Shown here one piece after another: positions 1 through 9,028 of a stretch of 63,322 nt of DNA. Numbering within the stretch: position 1 is the first letter of the stretch; every line of letters begins with the position of its first letter. Both the position numbers and the translations under genes were made by a program. Where the stretch lies: NCBI GenBank assembly GCA_035499145.1, contig DATJZK010000109.1, forward strand, positions 1 to 63,322, in the 5' to 3' direction. Under the pieces are notes generated by a model, which worked only from the letters and a program-made list of their open reading frames with translations, searched no databases and was not told the origin of the DNA. This DNA comes from Thermoplasmata archaeon. Lineage in GTDB: Archaea; Thermoplasmatota; Thermoplasmata; Lutacidiplasmatales; UBA184.

Positions 1-456
1 GATCGCCCCGACGTACGTCGGGGTCGCCCACCCGCTCAGGTAGAACAGGCGGACCAGGTGGTCGGGCCAGCGACCGGCGTACTGGGCGGCGATCACCCCG
101 AGCGGGATCCCGATCACGATCATGATCGCGAGCGCGGCGAGCACGAGCTCCACGGTCGCGGGGACGTGCGCCGCGATCTGCGGGAGGACGGGATTCTGGT
201 ACTCGTCCGCCCCCCAGTTTCCGTGGAGTAGCGGCACGAAGTACTGGAAGAACTGGACAACCAGCGGCTCGCGGAACTGCGCTTGGCAGCGCGCGATCGT
301 GTCCATGTGCGCCTTGGGGAACCACCGGGCGCACGGGTCGATCGCCCCGACGTGCGTGGCCAGGAACGTGAGGACGATCACGCCGATCAGGACCGGGATC
401 AGCTGGAGTAGACGTCTCCCGATGAAGATCGCGAGGTCCTCCGAGCTCCGACCCAT
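1..456 (-). CDS. ABC transporter permease, DppB/OppB (peptide/nickel) type, N-terminal part; gene runs off the left edge
   Basis: Own reverse-strand translation from ATG at 456..454: MGRSSEDLAIFIGRRLLQLIPVLIGVIVLTFLATHVGAIDP...PATVELVLAALAIMIVIGIPLGVIAAQYAGRWPDHLVRLFYLSGWATPTYVGAI. This gives an N-terminal TM helix plus the start of the conserved permease core. It is not in the ORF track because the window edge truncates it. Confidence 0.7.
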   Translation of the reverse strand, partial: MGRSSEDLAIFIGRRLLQLIPVLIGVIVLTFLATHVGAIDPCARWFPKAHMDTIARCQAQFREPLVVQFFQYFVPLLHGNWGADEYQNPVLPQIAAHVPATVELVLAALAIMIVIGIPLGVIAAQYAGRWPDHLVRLFYLSGWATPTYVGAI

Positions 457-549
457 CCCGCGAGTTCCCTGCTGCGGCGGGCGGTCGTCGGCCCGCGCGG
501 CGGCGCCGATACCGCCGGGCCGTATTAATCAGGAAACCGCGCGCCCTCG

Positions 550-2130
550 CTACGAGAAGTAGTCGCGGGGCAGCGTCCGCAGCTCCTTGAACGTCTCGGA
601 GGCGACCGCGACGAACTGGTCGACCTCCTTGTCGGTGTGGGCGCTCGAGAGCGTGATCCGCTCGTAGTTGTCCGGGTGGATGTAGATCCCCCGGTCGAGC
701 AGCAGCTGCCCGTGCCGGAGGTAGAGGTTCCAGTCGATCTGGAGCGACTCGCGGTAGTTCGCGATCTTCTTCCGGCGCGTGAAGAAGAACTGGAGCATCC
801 CGTTCACGCTCTGCACGAGGACGTTGAGCTTCGCGTCGCGGGCGGCCTCCTCGAGCCCCTTCTCGAGGCGGTTCGTCAGCCGGCCGAACCGCGCGTACAG
901 CTCCTCCCCGCCCCGGTGGAGCGACTTGAGGTTCGCGAGCGTCCCCGCCATCGTGAGGCTGTTGGCGTTGTACGTGCCGCCGAAGGAGATACGACCGGGC
1001 GCGATCATGTCGAGGTACTCGGCCTTCCCCGACACGGCGGAGACCGGCACGCCTCCGCCGAGCGCCTTCGCCCAGCAGGAGATGTCGGGCTCGACCTTGT
1101 ACAGCTGCTGGGCGCCGCCCGGCGCGACCCGGAAGCCCGTGAACACCTCGTCGAAGATGACGAGCATGTCGTTCTGGTGCGCGATCTCGACCAGGCGGGC
1201 CAGGTAGTCGGGGGCCGGCGGGATGACGCCGGCGTTCGCCATCACCGGCTCCAGGATGACGGCGGCGAGGCGGTCCCGGTACCGCTTCACCATCCGCTCG
1301 AACATCGGGATCGAGTTGTACGGGGCGACCATCACGTAGTCCGTGACCCCCGGCGGGATCCCGGCGGAGTTGGGGAGCGGCCGCGGGTACTCGTCGAGCC
1401 CGGCGACGACCGGCGGCGCCTCGGCGCTGATCAGCGCGAGGTCGTGCTGGCCGTGGTAGTGGCCCTCGAACTTCAGGATCGCATCCTTGCCCGTCACCGC
1501 CCGCGCGATCCGGATCGCGTTCATCGTCGCGTCCGAGCCGTTCGAGCAGAACGCGACGCGCTCGGCGTTCGGCACCAGCTTCTGGAACAGCTTCGCGACC
1601 TCGAGCTCGAGCACCGTGGGAGCCCCGAAGTTGAGCCCGAGCTCCGCCTGCTCCTGGATCGCCTTGACCTGCGCCTCGGGCGCGTGGCCGTTGATCAGCA
1701 CGCCGTAGCCGAGGTTGAAATCGAGATACTCGTGGTCGTCCTCGTCCCAGATCCGGGCTCCCTTGCCCCGCGCGATGAACGGAGGGCAGGGGTCGTAGGA
1801 GGCGACCCGGATGAGCGAGCTCGACGCGTTCGGGATGTGCTTCTTCGCTTCCTCGAACAGCTTCGCGCTCTTCTTCAGCTTCGGCACGAGCCGGGCGATC
1901 GAAACCGGGACCGGGGGAGCCTCCGATTCGGCGGGGGTGGCGGATTCCGACGGCTCGCGCTTCGACTCCTTGGCCGGCTCAGGATCGGGCCGGGGCGGGG
2001 CGACGGACGGGGGCGCGACCCCCCCTTCGGCGGTCAGCCGGGGGGCACGCTCCGCGGCCCCCGGAGCGAGCTCCGGTCGGCCCGGAAGGGCGACAGTGAG
2101 GGCGGGTTCCGAGTCCGCCATACAGAACAC
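550..2130 (-). CDS. Class-III PLP aminotransferase (glutamate-1-semialdehyde aminomutase-like) with a ~100-aa Pro/Ala/Glu-rich N-terminal extension
   Basis: 526-aa ORF. Core motifs: ARGKGARIWDEDDHEYLDF, SNGSDATMNAIRIAR, FDEVFTGFR, and the PLP-lysine context CWAKALGGGVP. A TATA-like box lies 33-38 nt upstream of ATG 2130. The N-terminal 100 aa are low complexity. Confidence 0.8.
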   Translation of the reverse strand: MFCMADSEPALTVALPGRPELAPGAAERAPRLTAEGGVAPPSVAPPRPDPEPAKESKREPSESATPAESEAPPVPVSIARLVPKLKKSAKLFEEAKKHIPNASSSLIRVASYDPCPPFIARGKGARIWDEDDHEYLDFNLGYGVLINGHAPEAQVKAIQEQAELGLNFGAPTVLELEVAKLFQKLVPNAERVAFCSNGSDATMNAIRIARAVTGKDAILKFEGHYHGQHDLALISAEAPPVVAGLDEYPRPLPNSAGIPPGVTDYVMVAPYNSIPMFERMVKRYRDRLAAVILEPVMANAGVIPPAPDYLARLVEIAHQNDMLVIFDEVFTGFRVAPGGAQQLYKVEPDISCWAKALGGGVPVSAVSGKAEYLDMIAPGRISFGGTYNANSLTMAGTLANLKSLHRGGEELYARFGRLTNRLEKGLEEAARDAKLNVLVQSVNGMLQFFFTRRKKIANYRESLQIDWNLYLRHGQLLLDRGIYIHPDNYERITLSSAHTDKEVDQFVAVASETFKELRTLPRDYFS

Positions 2131-2138
2131 ATCTCAGG

Positions 2139-2188
2139 CGGGCATCCACCCCGACCTGCGTATTTATAGATGCCCCGAGACGGGCATC
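2139..2188. promoter_or_regulatory. Operator-like motif cluster (CGGGCATC twice direct, once near-inverted) bracketing the TATA box of the aminotransferase gene
   Basis: cgggcatc at 2139-2146 and 2181-2188. gatgccc (2169-2175) and gggcatc (2182-2188) form a 7-bp inverted repeat with a 6-nt spacer. tttata at 2163-2168 is TATAAA on the minus strand. Confidence 0.35.
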
Positions 2189-2293
2189 GCCATTATACGG
2201 AGGAGGGGCGCGGAACCCCCTTCGGCCGCCCCGCGGTCCCCTCCCCATAGGACGGGCCGAGAGACCGATTCCAACGGTCGGATAGCGGCAGAT

Positions 2294-3514
2294 TCAGCGC
2301 CGGAGCCGGGCCGCCGCACGACTGGGCTGTGCCGGTAAGGGTCCCTCGACCGGGAGGATAGCGGTCTCGATCCCACGGGCGGCGAGCTCGCGACGGAACG
2401 GCCCGGCGGGCACGCAAAGCTCGGGAGGCAATACTCCCACCCCTCGGATTTCGCCCCGGGCGATCAGCTCCGCGCCGATCGCCCCCGCGACCCCCACGGC
2501 GTACTCCGTCGCCGAGAGATGCCAGTCCGGCCGGGGCGGGAACCGGGCGACGGCGTGGCGAACGACGGGCCGGCCCGCGGCCTCTCCGACGATCTCGAGG
2601 TCGCAGACCTCCCAGTCATCGATCGTGACCCCCGGGGGGATGCCGAGCAGCTTCTCCCGACGGAGCAGCGCGAGGGTGAACTCACGCGGCGAGACCGGGG
2701 CCCCGCCGACGACGACGGGGCGGTCGGAGCCGAGCCCGAGCTGCGCCATCGTCCGGAGCACCTCGATCCCCGGACCGCCCTCCTTCCATTCGCATCGGCG
2801 GAGGCCCTTCGCCCGCAGGCTGTCGGGGAGCGTCGCCGCCTCGGAGTGCAGGGTGCGGTAGACGCGGGTCCGCCCGACGGGGGGGGCAAAGTCGAACTCT
2901 TCCCCGCCGCTCATCGGGGGGTACTCGCGGTACTCCGACCCTTCGAACACCTGGGCGGGCAGGACCATCTCGTCGAGGAACGTCGACGGAGACCAGGTGA
3001 AGGCGATCTCGGGGCCGCCGACGGTCAGATCCCGCCAGCCGTCGCGGATGACGATCGACGCGACGCGGTCGAGGTCCGCACAGGCGGCGTACGCGAGGAC
3101 GTTCGAGACGCCGGGCACCTGTCCGAGCCCCGGCACCGCGAGCACGCCGGCCGCACGGAACTCCTCGTGCCGGGCGAGCTGCCGGCGCGTCGTATGGAAC
3201 AGGCCGCCGAAGTCGAGGTACGGCACGCGCGCGCGGAGCGCTGCGTCCATCACGGCGAGGTTGAAGGTGTACTGGACGGCATTGACGACGACCCGGGCCC
3301 CGTCGAGGAGGGAGGCGACCGACGCGACGTCCCGAACATCGACCCGGATCGCTCGCGCCCGGGCCCCCGCCGCCGCCGCGGCCGCCTCCGCGAGCGGGAG
3401 ATCGAGGTCAGCACAGTCGACCGACTCGAAGGCGCCGCCCTCCGCCAGGGCCCGGACCGCACAGCGTCCCGTGAGGCCCCCGCCCCCCAGGACCACGACC
3501 CGGTCGCCCGTCAT
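2294..3514 (-). CDS. Saccharopine dehydrogenase-like NAD(P)-binding oxidoreductase
   Basis: 406 aa. N-terminal Rossmann motif VVVLGGGGLTGRCAVRAL. Overall length and layout fit the saccharopine dehydrogenase (Sacchrp_dh) family. Confidence 0.65.
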   Translation of the reverse strand: MTGDRVVVLGGGGLTGRCAVRALAEGGAFESVDCADLDLPLAEAAAAAAGARARAIRVDVRDVASVASLLDGARVVVNAVQYTFNLAVMDAALRARVPYLDFGGLFHTTRRQLARHEEFRAAGVLAVPGLGQVPGVSNVLAYAACADLDRVASIVIRDGWRDLTVGGPEIAFTWSPSTFLDEMVLPAQVFEGSEYREYPPMSGGEEFDFAPPVGRTRVYRTLHSEAATLPDSLRAKGLRRCEWKEGGPGIEVLRTMAQLGLGSDRPVVVGGAPVSPREFTLALLRREKLLGIPPGVTIDDWEVCDLEIVGEAAGRPVVRHAVARFPPRPDWHLSATEYAVGVAGAIGAELIARGEIRGVGVLPPELCVPAGPFRRELAARGIETAILPVEGPLPAQPSRAAARLRR

Positions 3515-3526
3515 CGTCCCTCGCGA

Positions 3527-4132
3527 CTAGGGGGCGGCCCCGCGCTTCTTCTGGGTGCGAGGCCGAGGGTTCGCCGGGGGGGCGAGCGCCGCGGGGGCGG
3601 CGGGTGGGACCGGGGGGGCCGCGGGCGGGGCTGCCGCATTCGACGACCGCTCCAGGATCTCTCGGAACGTCTCGAAGTGACGGAGGAATGGGTCGGCGCG
3701 GCGACGGTCCTCGAGCTCCCCGACCGAGATCTCGAGGAGCGCTTTCGCCTTCGCGTTGCCCTCGCGGGCCTGGACGAGATAGACCGTCAGTACCTGGTAG
3801 AGCGGGAGCACGAACGCGTCGGTCCGCGGGGTGCTCATGTCGCCCTTGCGCGGCCGGTAGATCCGCTCGATCGGCACCTCCCGGGCGACCGCGCGCCGGT
3901 GCGAGAACCCGAAGTAGCGGCCCGGTCCGAGGATGCGGGTCACTTCGCGGACGTTCCCGGCGAGGCTGTTCGTTAGGCGGTCGACCTCGTGCCAGCACCA
4001 GAGCCCGAAGCCGTAGTCCCCCTCGCGGTACGCCTCCCACGCCTGACCGTACAGCTCCCGCTCCTTCGTCTCGGCCGGGGCTTCGGGGGGGAGCAGCGCC
4101 CGCCAGTCGGAGAGCAGCACGTCGACGCGCAT
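3527..4132 (-). CDS. Hypothetical protein (201 aa) with a Pro/Ala-rich basic C-terminal tail
   Basis: Only the C-terminal 201 codons of the 643-aa track ORF look protein-like (MRVDVLLSDWRALLPPEAP...FLRHFETFREILERS). ATG at 4132..4130. The upstream part of the track ORF is antisense shadow of the amidohydrolase gene. Confidence 0.55.
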   Translation of the reverse strand: MRVDVLLSDWRALLPPEAPAETKERELYGQAWEAYREGDYGFGLWCWHEVDRLTNSLAGNVREVTRILGPGRYFGFSHRRAVAREVPIERIYRPRKGDMSTPRTDAFVLPLYQVLTVYLVQAREGNAKAKALLEISVGELEDRRRADPFLRHFETFREILERSSNAAAPPAAPPVPPAAPAALAPPANPRPRTQKKRGAAP

Positions 4133-4203
4133 CGTGGGCGAGAACTCACGGCGGACCGGAACCTCCTCGGGGCCGGGCACAGCGGGGCGAGGGGCCCCGC
4201 GTC

Positions 4204-5808
4204 TTAGAGGGTTGCTCCCGGCTGCGCCGCGTCCGCGGCATAGACACGACGCCCGCCGACCCACGTCTCGGCGACCGGCGACCCGGCAGCGGTCGTCGCG
4301 CTCCTCAGGTCGCGGCACCGGAGGACCACGAGGTCCGCGGGCCGGCCGGGGACGAGCTCGCCCCGCTCGGTGTCCCCGATCGCCCGGGCCGCGGCGGCCG
4401 AGTAGAGACCCAGCGCCTCCTCGGGGGGCACCGCTTCCCGGGGATCCGGGTTCGCACTGCCTCCGCTCGGGTCGCGCCGCTCGGTGAAGGCGCGCAGACC
4501 GCGCCACGGATCGACCGGGTCGTACGGGGCATCGCTCGACGCCGCGAGCGCGATCCCCCGGTCCCGCAGCGAGCGGAACGCGTACGCCCACCGGCTTCGG
4601 AGGGGGCCGAGACGGTCGGGGAGCCACGCGTCGCTCCATACGAACCCGGGCTGCACGACGACGGTCACGCCGGCCCGGGCGAGCGCCGGGAACAGTCCGG
4701 GCGGAGTGAGTCCCCCGTGCTCGATCCGATCCGGTGGCCGATCCGGACGGTCGAGCACGCCGAGGTGCCGGGCCGCCCGCTCGACGGCCCGGTCCCCGAT
4801 CGCGTGGAGCGCGATCGCGAGGCCGCGGTCCGTCGCTTCGGCGAGGGCGGCGGCGAGGCTGGAGTCGTCCCCCACGGGCACACCGCTCGAGGACGGAGCG
4901 TCGGCGTACGGCTCGGCGAGCCAGGCCGTCCGCGGACCGAACGCGCCGTCGAGGAACCCCTTCACCCCGATGACGGCGAACTCCCCCCGCGGCGCGCTGT
5001 CGGGGGCGGCCCAGGCCGCGTCCCGCTCCCCGAGCGGGACGTACGCCCGAACGACGATCGGCAGTTCTCTTGCGGTCGCGAGGGACCGAAGCGCCCCGAT
5101 CTCCTCCTCGGCGGCGTTCATCGTTCCGCACGCGGTGATGCCCAGCGCGACGACGGCTCCGAGGGTTCGCCGGAGGAGCGGCCCGTCGATCGGCTGCGCC
5201 CGACGGGCGATCGGGTGGAGGGGCCGCATCGCCTCCTCGAACAGCAGCCCGTTGGGGCGACCGTCCGCGAACCGGCCGATCGTCGGAACTTCCGGGATGG
5301 GAGAGGACGGGTCGATCCCCGCGGTCGCGAGGGCGGCCGAGTTCGCCACCAGCGCGTGGCCGCTGGCGTGGTACAGGACGATCTCCCGGTCGGGGCTGAC
5401 CCGATCGAGGAGGCGGAGATCCGGCCAGCCGTGCCCGCCCCAGCGGTCCGGCGTCCACCCCCGGCCGACGATCGGTCCCGTCGGGTGACGGTCCCTCCAG
5501 TCGGCGGCGGCGGCGGCGAGCGCCTCGAGCGAACCGACCGACCCCAGGTCGAGGCCGGAGGCGACCCGGGCGATCTCGGAAAGGTGGAGGTGGGCGTCGA
5601 CGAGCCCGGGCACGACCAGGCGGCCCGCGAGGTCGACCGACTCGGTGCCGGTGGGGGCGCTCCGGCGTGCCTCCGCCTCGGGACCGACCACGACGACCCG
5701 GCCGTCGTCGATCAGCAGGGCCTCGGCGTATCCGAGTCCGGTGAAGACGCGGCCGCCCCGGAACAGCGTCGCGCCGGTCATCGGCCCGGAGGACGGAGCC
5801 CCGCCCAC
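4204..5808 (-). CDS. Metal-dependent amidohydrolase (Amidohydro_3 / YtcJ-like)
   Basis: 534 aa. Motifs: LVVPGLVDAHLHL (HxH metal motif), LHAIGDRAV, RIEHGG, ASSDAPYDP. An alternative start is the MTGATLF Met 9 codons downstream. Confidence 0.8.
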   Translation of the reverse strand: MGGAPSSGPMTGATLFRGGRVFTGLGYAEALLIDDGRVVVVGPEAEARRSAPTGTESVDLAGRLVVPGLVDAHLHLSEIARVASGLDLGSVGSLEALAAAAADWRDRHPTGPIVGRGWTPDRWGGHGWPDLRLLDRVSPDREIVLYHASGHALVANSAALATAGIDPSSPIPEVPTIGRFADGRPNGLLFEEAMRPLHPIARRAQPIDGPLLRRTLGAVVALGITACGTMNAAEEEIGALRSLATARELPIVVRAYVPLGERDAAWAAPDSAPRGEFAVIGVKGFLDGAFGPRTAWLAEPYADAPSSSGVPVGDDSSLAAALAEATDRGLAIALHAIGDRAVERAARHLGVLDRPDRPPDRIEHGGLTPPGLFPALARAGVTVVVQPGFVWSDAWLPDRLGPLRSRWAYAFRSLRDRGIALAASSDAPYDPVDPWRGLRAFTERRDPSGGSANPDPREAVPPEEALGLYSAAAARAIGDTERGELVPGRPADLVVLRCRDLRSATTAAGSPVAETWVGGRRVYAADAAQPGATL

Positions 5809-5830
5809 GGAAGGCGGTGACGCTCCGCCG

Positions 5831-7294
5831 CTACACGTCGAGGTACCGGTAGAACTCGTACGGGTGCGGCCGAAGGTCCAGCTCCAGCTGCTCTTCGCGC
5901 TTGAGCTCGATGTAGGTGTCGATCAGCGAGTCGGCGAACGCGGGCTTCAGGAACGCCCGGTCGGAGGCGAGGCAGTCGAGCGCCTCGCCGAGCGAGCCCG
6001 GCAGCTCCCGCACCTCGAGCTCCTTACGCTTCGCCGGGGTCAGCTTGTAGATGTTCTCGTCGACGGGCGCCGGCGGCTCGATCTTCCGCTTGATGCCGTC
6101 GAGCCCCGCGAGGGCGAGCGCCGCCTCGGTGAGGTAGATGTTCGCGGCCGAGTCCGGCGTGCGGTACTCGATCCGCTTGGCGGCGGGCCGGCCCTTGTGG
6201 TAGAACGGGATCCGGACGTTCGCCGAGCGGTTCGCCTTGCTCCAGGCGATGTAGACGGGCGCCTCGTAGCCGGGGACGAGCCGCCGGTAGGAGTTCGTGA
6301 TCGGGTTGGTGATCGCACAGAGCGCCCGGGCGTGGGTCAGGAGCCCGCCGACGTAGTACCGGCACGTCTGGCTCACCTCCGCGTAGCGGTCGGCGGCGTC
6401 GTAGAACGCGTTCTCCGCGCCCCGCCAGAGCGACTGGTTGGTGTGCATCCCGATGCCGTTGTCCCCGTAGATCGGCTTCGGCATCAGGCAGGCGATCTTG
6501 CCGTGGCGGCGCGCGACGTTCTTGATCACGTAGCGAAGGTCCTGGATGTGGTCGCCCATCGGAACGAGCTCGTCGAACCGGAGGTTGATCTCCGATTGGC
6601 TCGCGGTCGCCACCTCGTGGTGGTGGGCGTCCATCGTCAGGTGGAAGTCGTCCGCGAGGATGTTGCACATCTCGGCGCGGAGACCGACGAGCGAGTCGAC
6701 GGGCGGCGTCCGGTGGTACCCTTCCTTGAACCGGATCGTCGACTGGGCCTCGCCCGGCTGCCACGGGGACTCGGCCTGGTCGATCAGGTAGCCCGCGCCG
6801 GCCCAGGCGTCGCGGACGCCGGCGTACGACGGAACGAGCCGGACCTGGTCGAAGACGAAGAACTCGACCTCGGGCCCCCAGTACGAGCGGTCGTAGCCGG
6901 CGGCGGCGAGGACCCCCTCGGTCTTCCGGGCGACCCCGCGCGGGTCGTGCGCGTACGGATCCCGCGAGGCGCCGAGGCGGACGTCACAGATGAACCGCAC
7001 CGTCCGGCCGACCTCCGGGTTCCACGGGATGGTCGCGAGCGTCGTCGGGTCCGGCACGAGCAGCATGTCGGACTCGTAGATCTCGCGGAAGCCGCGCACC
7101 GAGGAGCCGTCGAGCTTCGGCACGCCGCTCTCGAACATCTCCGGCTCGAGCGCGGGCCGCGGGAGGTCGACCTGATTGAGCGCGCCGAAGACGTCCGTGT
7201 AGAACAGCTGGACCCACTTGACTCCGTCCGACTTCAGCCGTTCGACGACCGCCGCTCCGTCCGTCGCCTTGCCCTTCCCCCGACCTTTCGCCAC
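5831..7294 (-). CDS. glnA: Glutamine synthetase, type I
   Basis: 487 aa. The beta-grasp N-domain (VKWVQLFYTDVFG) and catalytic domain (GIGMHTNQSLW, NSYRRLVPGYEAP, NRSANVRIP) are characteristic of GlnA. Confidence 0.93.
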   Translation of the reverse strand: MAKGRGKGKATDGAAVVERLKSDGVKWVQLFYTDVFGALNQVDLPRPALEPEMFESGVPKLDGSSVRGFREIYESDMLLVPDPTTLATIPWNPEVGRTVRFICDVRLGASRDPYAHDPRGVARKTEGVLAAAGYDRSYWGPEVEFFVFDQVRLVPSYAGVRDAWAGAGYLIDQAESPWQPGEAQSTIRFKEGYHRTPPVDSLVGLRAEMCNILADDFHLTMDAHHHEVATASQSEINLRFDELVPMGDHIQDLRYVIKNVARRHGKIACLMPKPIYGDNGIGMHTNQSLWRGAENAFYDAADRYAEVSQTCRYYVGGLLTHARALCAITNPITNSYRRLVPGYEAPVYIAWSKANRSANVRIPFYHKGRPAAKRIEYRTPDSAANIYLTEAALALAGLDGIKRKIEPPAPVDENIYKLTPAKRKELEVRELPGSLGEALDCLASDRAFLKPAFADSLIDTYIELKREEQLELDLRPHPYEFYRYLDV

Positions 7295-7384
7295 GCGCGC
7301 GCCCCCGCGGGCTCCACCGTGCCTCAGTACTTCAACGTCCCGTCAACGATTCTGAACGAGCGTCCAGATTCGGGACGCCCGGCT

Positions 7385-7390
7385 TTATTT
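7385..7390 (+). promoter_or_regulatory. TATA-like box (TTTATT) for the Lrp/AsnC gene
   Basis: AT-rich hexamer in an otherwise GC-rich spacer, 28 nt upstream of ATG 7413. The spacing matches other promoters in the window. Confidence 0.4.
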
Positions 7391-7412
7391 CCTACCGTCC
7401 GGTTCAAGGCTC

Positions 7413-7904
7413 ATGCGCCGAACGTCCACGCTGGACGCGCTCGACCGGTCGATCCTCGAGGAGCTGAACGTCGACGCGCGGCGGAGCCACCGGGAGATCG
7501 CTCACCGCCTGAAGGTCTCGCCGACGACGGTCAGCACCCGGATCGCCCGGCTCGAGCAGGAAGGCGTGATCCACGGCTACGTGCCGCTGCTCGATGACGA
7601 GCTGCTCGGCTGGGATCTCTGGGCGGCGGTCGGGATCCGGATCTCGAAGGGGCGTCTCCGCGAGGTCGAGGAGCGCCTCGCCCGCGACCCCCACGCCTAC
7701 GCCATCTACGACGTCACGGGCGACTACGACGCGCTCCTGATCGGCCGGTTCCGCGACCGTCGCGACCTGGACCGGTTCGTCAAGCACGCCCTCCAGGACC
7801 CGCACGTCGAGCGGTCGAACACGCAGGTCGTACTCAATCGGGTGAAGGAGGACCGGCGCGTCCCCGTCGTCATGCGCGGGGGGGACCGCCCGGCCCCCGA
7901 GTGA
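7413..7904 (+). CDS. Lrp/AsnC-family transcriptional regulator, divergent from glnA
   Basis: 163 aa. N-terminal HTH (LDRSILEELNVDARRSHREIAHRLKVSPTTVSTRIARLEQEGVI) followed by an AsnC-type ligand-binding (RAM) domain. Confidence 0.9.
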   Translation: MRRTSTLDALDRSILEELNVDARRSHREIAHRLKVSPTTVSTRIARLEQEGVIHGYVPLLDDELLGWDLWAAVGIRISKGRLREVEERLARDPHAYAIYDVTGDYDALLIGRFRDRRDLDRFVKHALQDPHVERSNTQVVLNRVKEDRRVPVVMRGGDRPAPE

Positions 7905-7977
7905 GCGGCCCGGTGCGAGCGGCGGTGCAACGGCTAAGAGGGACGGCGCCGCTCGGGACCGCGAGCGAGGCACGGCG

Positions 7978-8796
7978 ATGGACTGGGGGATGGCGAACCG
8001 GATCGGGCGGATGTTCCCGGGAACGAGCGGCAACTCGGTGATGCTGGCCGTCGACCACGGCTACTTCATGGGACCGACGCGCCGACTCGAGGACCCGCGC
8101 GCGACGATCGCCCCGCTCCTTCCCCACGCCGACGCGCTCGCGCTGACGCGCGGCGTCCTGCGCGCGTGCGTCCCGCCGTCGAGCTCGACGCCGATCGTGC
8201 TGCGGGTCTCGGGCGGCGCGACGATCCTGAAGGAGGACCTCTCCAACGAAGCGATCACGACGTCGATGGCGGACGCCGTCCGTCTCAACGTGAGCGCGGT
8301 CGCCCTGAGCGTCTTTGTGGGCGCGCCGCACGAGCACGATTCGCTCGTCAACCTCGCGCGCCTTGTCGACGAGGGAGAGGCCGCGGGCATGCCGGTGCTG
8401 GCGATCACGGCGGTCGGGAAGGAGCTCGAGAAGCGCGACGCGCGATACCTGGCGCTCGCCTGCCGCGTCTCCGCCGAGCTCGGGGCCCAGCTGGTGAAGA
8501 CGTACTACTGCGAGGGGTTTTCGCAGGTCGCGGACGGCTGCCCCGTCCCGCTCGTCGTCGCGGGCGGCCCGAAGCTCGACAGCGAACGGGCCGCCCTCGA
8601 GCTCGCGCGGAACGCGATCGACGAGGGGGCCCACGGGATCGACATGGGACGGAACATCTGGCAGTCCGACCACCCCGTCGCGATGCTGCGCGCGCTGCGC
8701 GCGATCGTCCACGAGAAGGCGACCGTTCGTGAGGCGATGGACGTCCTCGAGGGCGCGAAGGCGACCCGCGCCTCGCCCCCGGTCGCCCCGGCGTAG
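7978..8796 (+). CDS. Class I aldolase, DhnA/FbaB family (fructose-bisphosphate aldolase or ADH synthase-like)
   Basis: 272 aa. Motifs: MLAVDHGYFMG, a Schiff-base lysine context AQLVKTYY, VVAGGPK, HGIDMGRNIWQ. The exact substrate cannot be assigned by eye. Confidence 0.75.
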   Translation: MDWGMANRIGRMFPGTSGNSVMLAVDHGYFMGPTRRLEDPRATIAPLLPHADALALTRGVLRACVPPSSSTPIVLRVSGGATILKEDLSNEAITTSMADAVRLNVSAVALSVFVGAPHEHDSLVNLARLVDEGEAAGMPVLAITAVGKELEKRDARYLALACRVSAELGAQLVKTYYCEGFSQVADGCPVPLVVAGGPKLDSERAALELARNAIDEGAHGIDMGRNIWQSDHPVAMLRALRAIVHEKATVREAMDVLEGAKATRASPPVAPA

Positions 8797-8843
8797 TCGC
8801 CGCGCGGAACGGTCTTAAGGCGGACGTCGCTCCGCCCCGCCGC

Positions 8844-8928
8844 GCGGGGATTGCCAAGCTTGGCCAAAGGCGCCAGATTCAGGGTCTGGTCCCGTAGGGG
8901 TTCGTGGGTTCAAATCCCTCTCCCCGCA
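8844..8928 (+). tRNA. tRNA-Leu(CAG): tRNA-Leu (anticodon CAG), class II with long variable arm
   Basis: Acceptor stem GCGGGGA/TCCCCGC plus discriminator A. Anticodon stem CCAGA/TCTGG with loop TTCAGGG (anticodon CAG). Variable arm CCC-GTA-GGG. T-loop GGGTTCAAATCCC. No encoded CCA. One U-U mismatch in the T stem. Confidence 0.88.
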
Positions 8929-9028
8929 CCTTGAACCTCCCCTCGGCCCCGCGGAGGCGATCGGTCGGCCCCTCCGGGACCTCCGTGCGGACCCGGGGTC
9001 GATCTACGACCGCCCGTCCGGGGCGAAC

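Noticed and set aside
7295-7412. NrpR-type GGAA-N6-TTCC operator, or another clear palindrome, in the glnA/lrp divergent spacer.
   Set aside because: Only a short 5-bp inverted repeat (cgtcc/ggacg) and a GATTC direct repeat are present. That is too weak to call.
8844-9028. tRNA-Leu as an integration hotspot flanking a mobile element.
   Set aside because: No integrase, no duplicated tRNA 3' half and no compositional break occurs on either side. The neighbouring genes are ordinary chromosomal genes.
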